From a virus (lineage: Duplodnaviria > Caudoviricetes), in the IMG/VR virus record IMGVR_UViG_3300024232_000062, positions 1-27,607 of that record: DNA of 27,607 bases. One strand, written 5' to 3'. Within the stretch, counting starts at the first letter, position 1. Every line of letters starts with the position of its first letter. The translations under genes were made by a program, and so were the position numbers. Below the pieces are notes generated by a model that was not told the DNA's origin, did not search any database, and saw nothing but the letters and a program-made list of their open reading frames with translations. Below are positions 26,256 through 27,607 of this stretch, piece after piece.

Positions 26256-26341
26256 GGAGGCAACACCTAATAGGAATGGTACCGGACTGTAACTCCGTGG
26301 TCGGCTAGCCCGTCTTGGTTCGACTCCAAGTGCCTCCACCA
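26256..26341 (+). tRNA. trnY: tRNA-Tyr (GUA)
   Basis: Acceptor GGAGGCA/TGCCTCC plus ACCA; D stem ACC/GGT; anticodon loop CTGTAAC; long variable arm; T arm CTTGG-TTCGACT-CCAAG. Confidence 0.92.
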
Positions 26342-26344
26342 GAA

Positions 26345-26496
26345 CTCAATCAGCCTAGGTTAATGATTGAGAGGCGATAGCACCGCGCCATATCGTTGAA
26401 GTGGTTACTCTTTTGTAGCGTAAATCTTTTGTAAGTGCTCTGCAAGGTCGGCAGTACTAGGGATTGAAGCGGGTGAAAGCCCCGCACTTTGTCAAC
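26345..26496 (+). ncRNA. Candidate structured, partly tRNA-like RNA downstream of tRNA-Tyr
   Basis: Five hairpins, including GCGGG-TGAAAGC-CCCGC abutting a closing stem. Confidence 0.45.
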
Positions 26497-26510
26497 ATTA
26501 AGGATGAACA

Positions 26511-26777
26511 TTGTCAACTTTAACGTTATCAAAAGAGGACTATGACGAGGTTGTAGCACTTATCATTCAAGGTGACATTTATCTTGCAGAGGGTGCTATA
26601 GCTAAAGTCAATGAAGTCAGAGAAGTTGATGGCATCATACCACGTGCTATGTTTAAAGCTATTGACCATCTTGACTGCAATCCAAAATGGCGAGAATATG
26701 CGAGCTATCCGACACTATTCACCATATCAGAGTATAACGAGTGGTGTAAACTACCCAATGGGAAACCTATTTGCTGA
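26511..26777 (+). CDS. Hypothetical protein
   Basis: TTG start with an AAGGA RBS. Confidence 0.6.
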   Translation: MSTLTLSKEDYDEVVALIIQGDIYLAEGAIAKVNEVREVDGIIPRAMFKAIDHLDCNPKWREYASYPTLFTISEYNEWCKLPNGKPIC

Positions 26778-27037
26778 TGAACAAAGAAGAACTGCTTATT
26801 GTCACATGCCCGCCATTGTCTGACTATCCCGAAGCACCTAAAGACCAATCCAAATCAGATCTCTTTGATTGTCCCGAATGTAAGAACAAAATGTGGTTAT
26901 CAGAAAAGAAGAAAGGCATTCTTCTGTTCGCATCGTGCCTTAATAGGGACATCATGCTTGCGTGCTATCAGTGTTTTGAGAAAGAAGTAAGAGACAATCC
27001 AGAGTTCTTTAGAGAAAGTCAACAGGTGAATATATGA
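26777..27037 (+). CDS. Zinc-ribbon hypothetical protein
   Basis: CPEC...CYQC; TGATG coupling. Confidence 0.65.
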   Translation: MNKEELLIVTCPPLSDYPEAPKDQSKSDLFDCPECKNKMWLSEKKKGILLFASCLNRDIMLACYQCFEKEVRDNPEFFRESQQVNI

Positions 27038-27171
27038 AACAAAACATAGCCGTTGTCGCTATAATTGTGGTTGTATTATTCATAGGGTTCGAGATAGAAA
27101 AGTACAAATTTACTGACTGCAAGAAGGTTGGACACACGACCCTATACTGCATTTTCAATCTAGGAAAATAA
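27034..27171 (+). CDS. Small membrane protein (45 aa)
   Basis: ATGA overlap; MKQNIAVVAIIVVVLFIGFEIEKYKFTDCKKVGHTTLYCIFNLGK*. Confidence 0.6.
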   Translation: MKQNIAVVAIIVVVLFIGFEIEKYKFTDCKKVGHTTLYCIFNLGK

Positions 27172-27174
27172 CCC

Positions 27175-27310
27175 TGTCATTAAGGTACACCTAATAGACA
27201 TATTCGTGACACCACGAAAATGGTATGAAATTAACATCATTCAATACCTTTATGTACATTGTCAAAAAAGGTGTCTATAATTCAATTACCAATCTGATAT
27301 TAATTAGTAA
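27175..27310. repeat. Array of five abutting, mutually unrelated imperfect inverted repeats
   Basis: Units at 27175-27200, 27199-27222, 27222-27248, 27250-27280 and 27286-27310. Confidence 0.6.
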
Positions 27311-27319
27311 GTTATTAAT

Positions 27320-27442
27320 GTGATCGATTTCAATCTTTATATTTTCTTTAAATGGGCGCTCGCAATCGGATTTACAGCATTAGTAGCTGTGTTAGTTGCG
27401 GTATGTTTGTGCATTATAATAGACCATGTGAGAGAGATATGA
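27320..27442 (+). CDS. Small membrane peptide (40 aa)
   Basis: GTG start; IDFNLYIFFKWALAIGFTALVAVLVAVCLCIIIDHVREI*. Confidence 0.4.
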   Translation: MIDFNLYIFFKWALAIGFTALVAVLVAVCLCIIIDHVREI

Positions 27443-27463
27443 CCAACCATGAGAAAGTAGCCA

Positions 27464-27607
27464 ATGATGAATGATTTCACAATATATGAACTTAAATCTT
27501 TGCTTTGGGCTATTGAGTATGTTCGCGAAAGAACGAACAACTGCGGCGATACCATGCGTGCGCTGAAGACCAAAATAAAAGAAATGATTGATAACTATTG
27601 TGAGCAT
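27464..27607 (+). CDS. Hypothetical protein (3' truncated)
   Basis: MMNDFTIYELKSLLWAIEY...KIKEMIDNYCEH is open to the window end. Confidence 0.6.
   Translation, partial: MMNDFTIYELKSLLWAIEYVRERTNNCGDTMRALKTKIKEMIDNYCEH

Noticed and set aside
26256-26341. tRNA as att site or as evidence of stop-codon recoding
   Set aside because: Phage-type genes continue on both sides and no integrase is present. The anticodon is the standard GUA, and genes end normally at all three stop codons.
27175-27310. CRISPR array or integron attC array
   Set aside because: The units share no common repeat sequence and lack attC core sites.
27337-27607. Minus-strand ORFs in the track
   Set aside because: Coupled plus-strand ORFs (27320, 27464) fit the operon direction better.
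1-27607. Specific host assignment
   Set aside because: The proteins suggest a proteobacterial host, but nothing in the window identifies it. CRISPR spacer or tRNA matching is needed.

Overview
About 27.6 kb of a tailed dsDNA phage with a P22-like (podovirus) virion module. The order is: scaffold (partial), coat, decoration-like protein, gp4-like adaptor, gp10-like hub, three ejection proteins, a cluster of tail fibre/adaptor genes, a signal-peptide beta-helix protein, a GH108 endolysin and RusA. A leftward operon follows (YqaJ exonuclease, Bet, SSB), then a divergent promoter region with only a Cro-like gene, an O-like initiator with internal iterons, and a TOPRIM-DnaB primase-helicase. After a second leftward operon of small acidic proteins comes the small terminase, then more than 3 kb of small ORFs, a tRNA-Tyr and several structured intergenic elements. 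No integrase, CI repressor, large terminase or portal is visible in the window. The most unusual signals are an abutting array of five different imperfect palindromes (27175-27310), GC-rich structured ncRNA candidates around the tRNA, a two-part regulatory signature shared by both leftward operons, a uORF overlapping the initiator start, and repeated short LxTQ/FLLSDG motifs that may be fibre docking sites. All calls come from reading the sequence by eye and from recalled family motifs; no database search was run.
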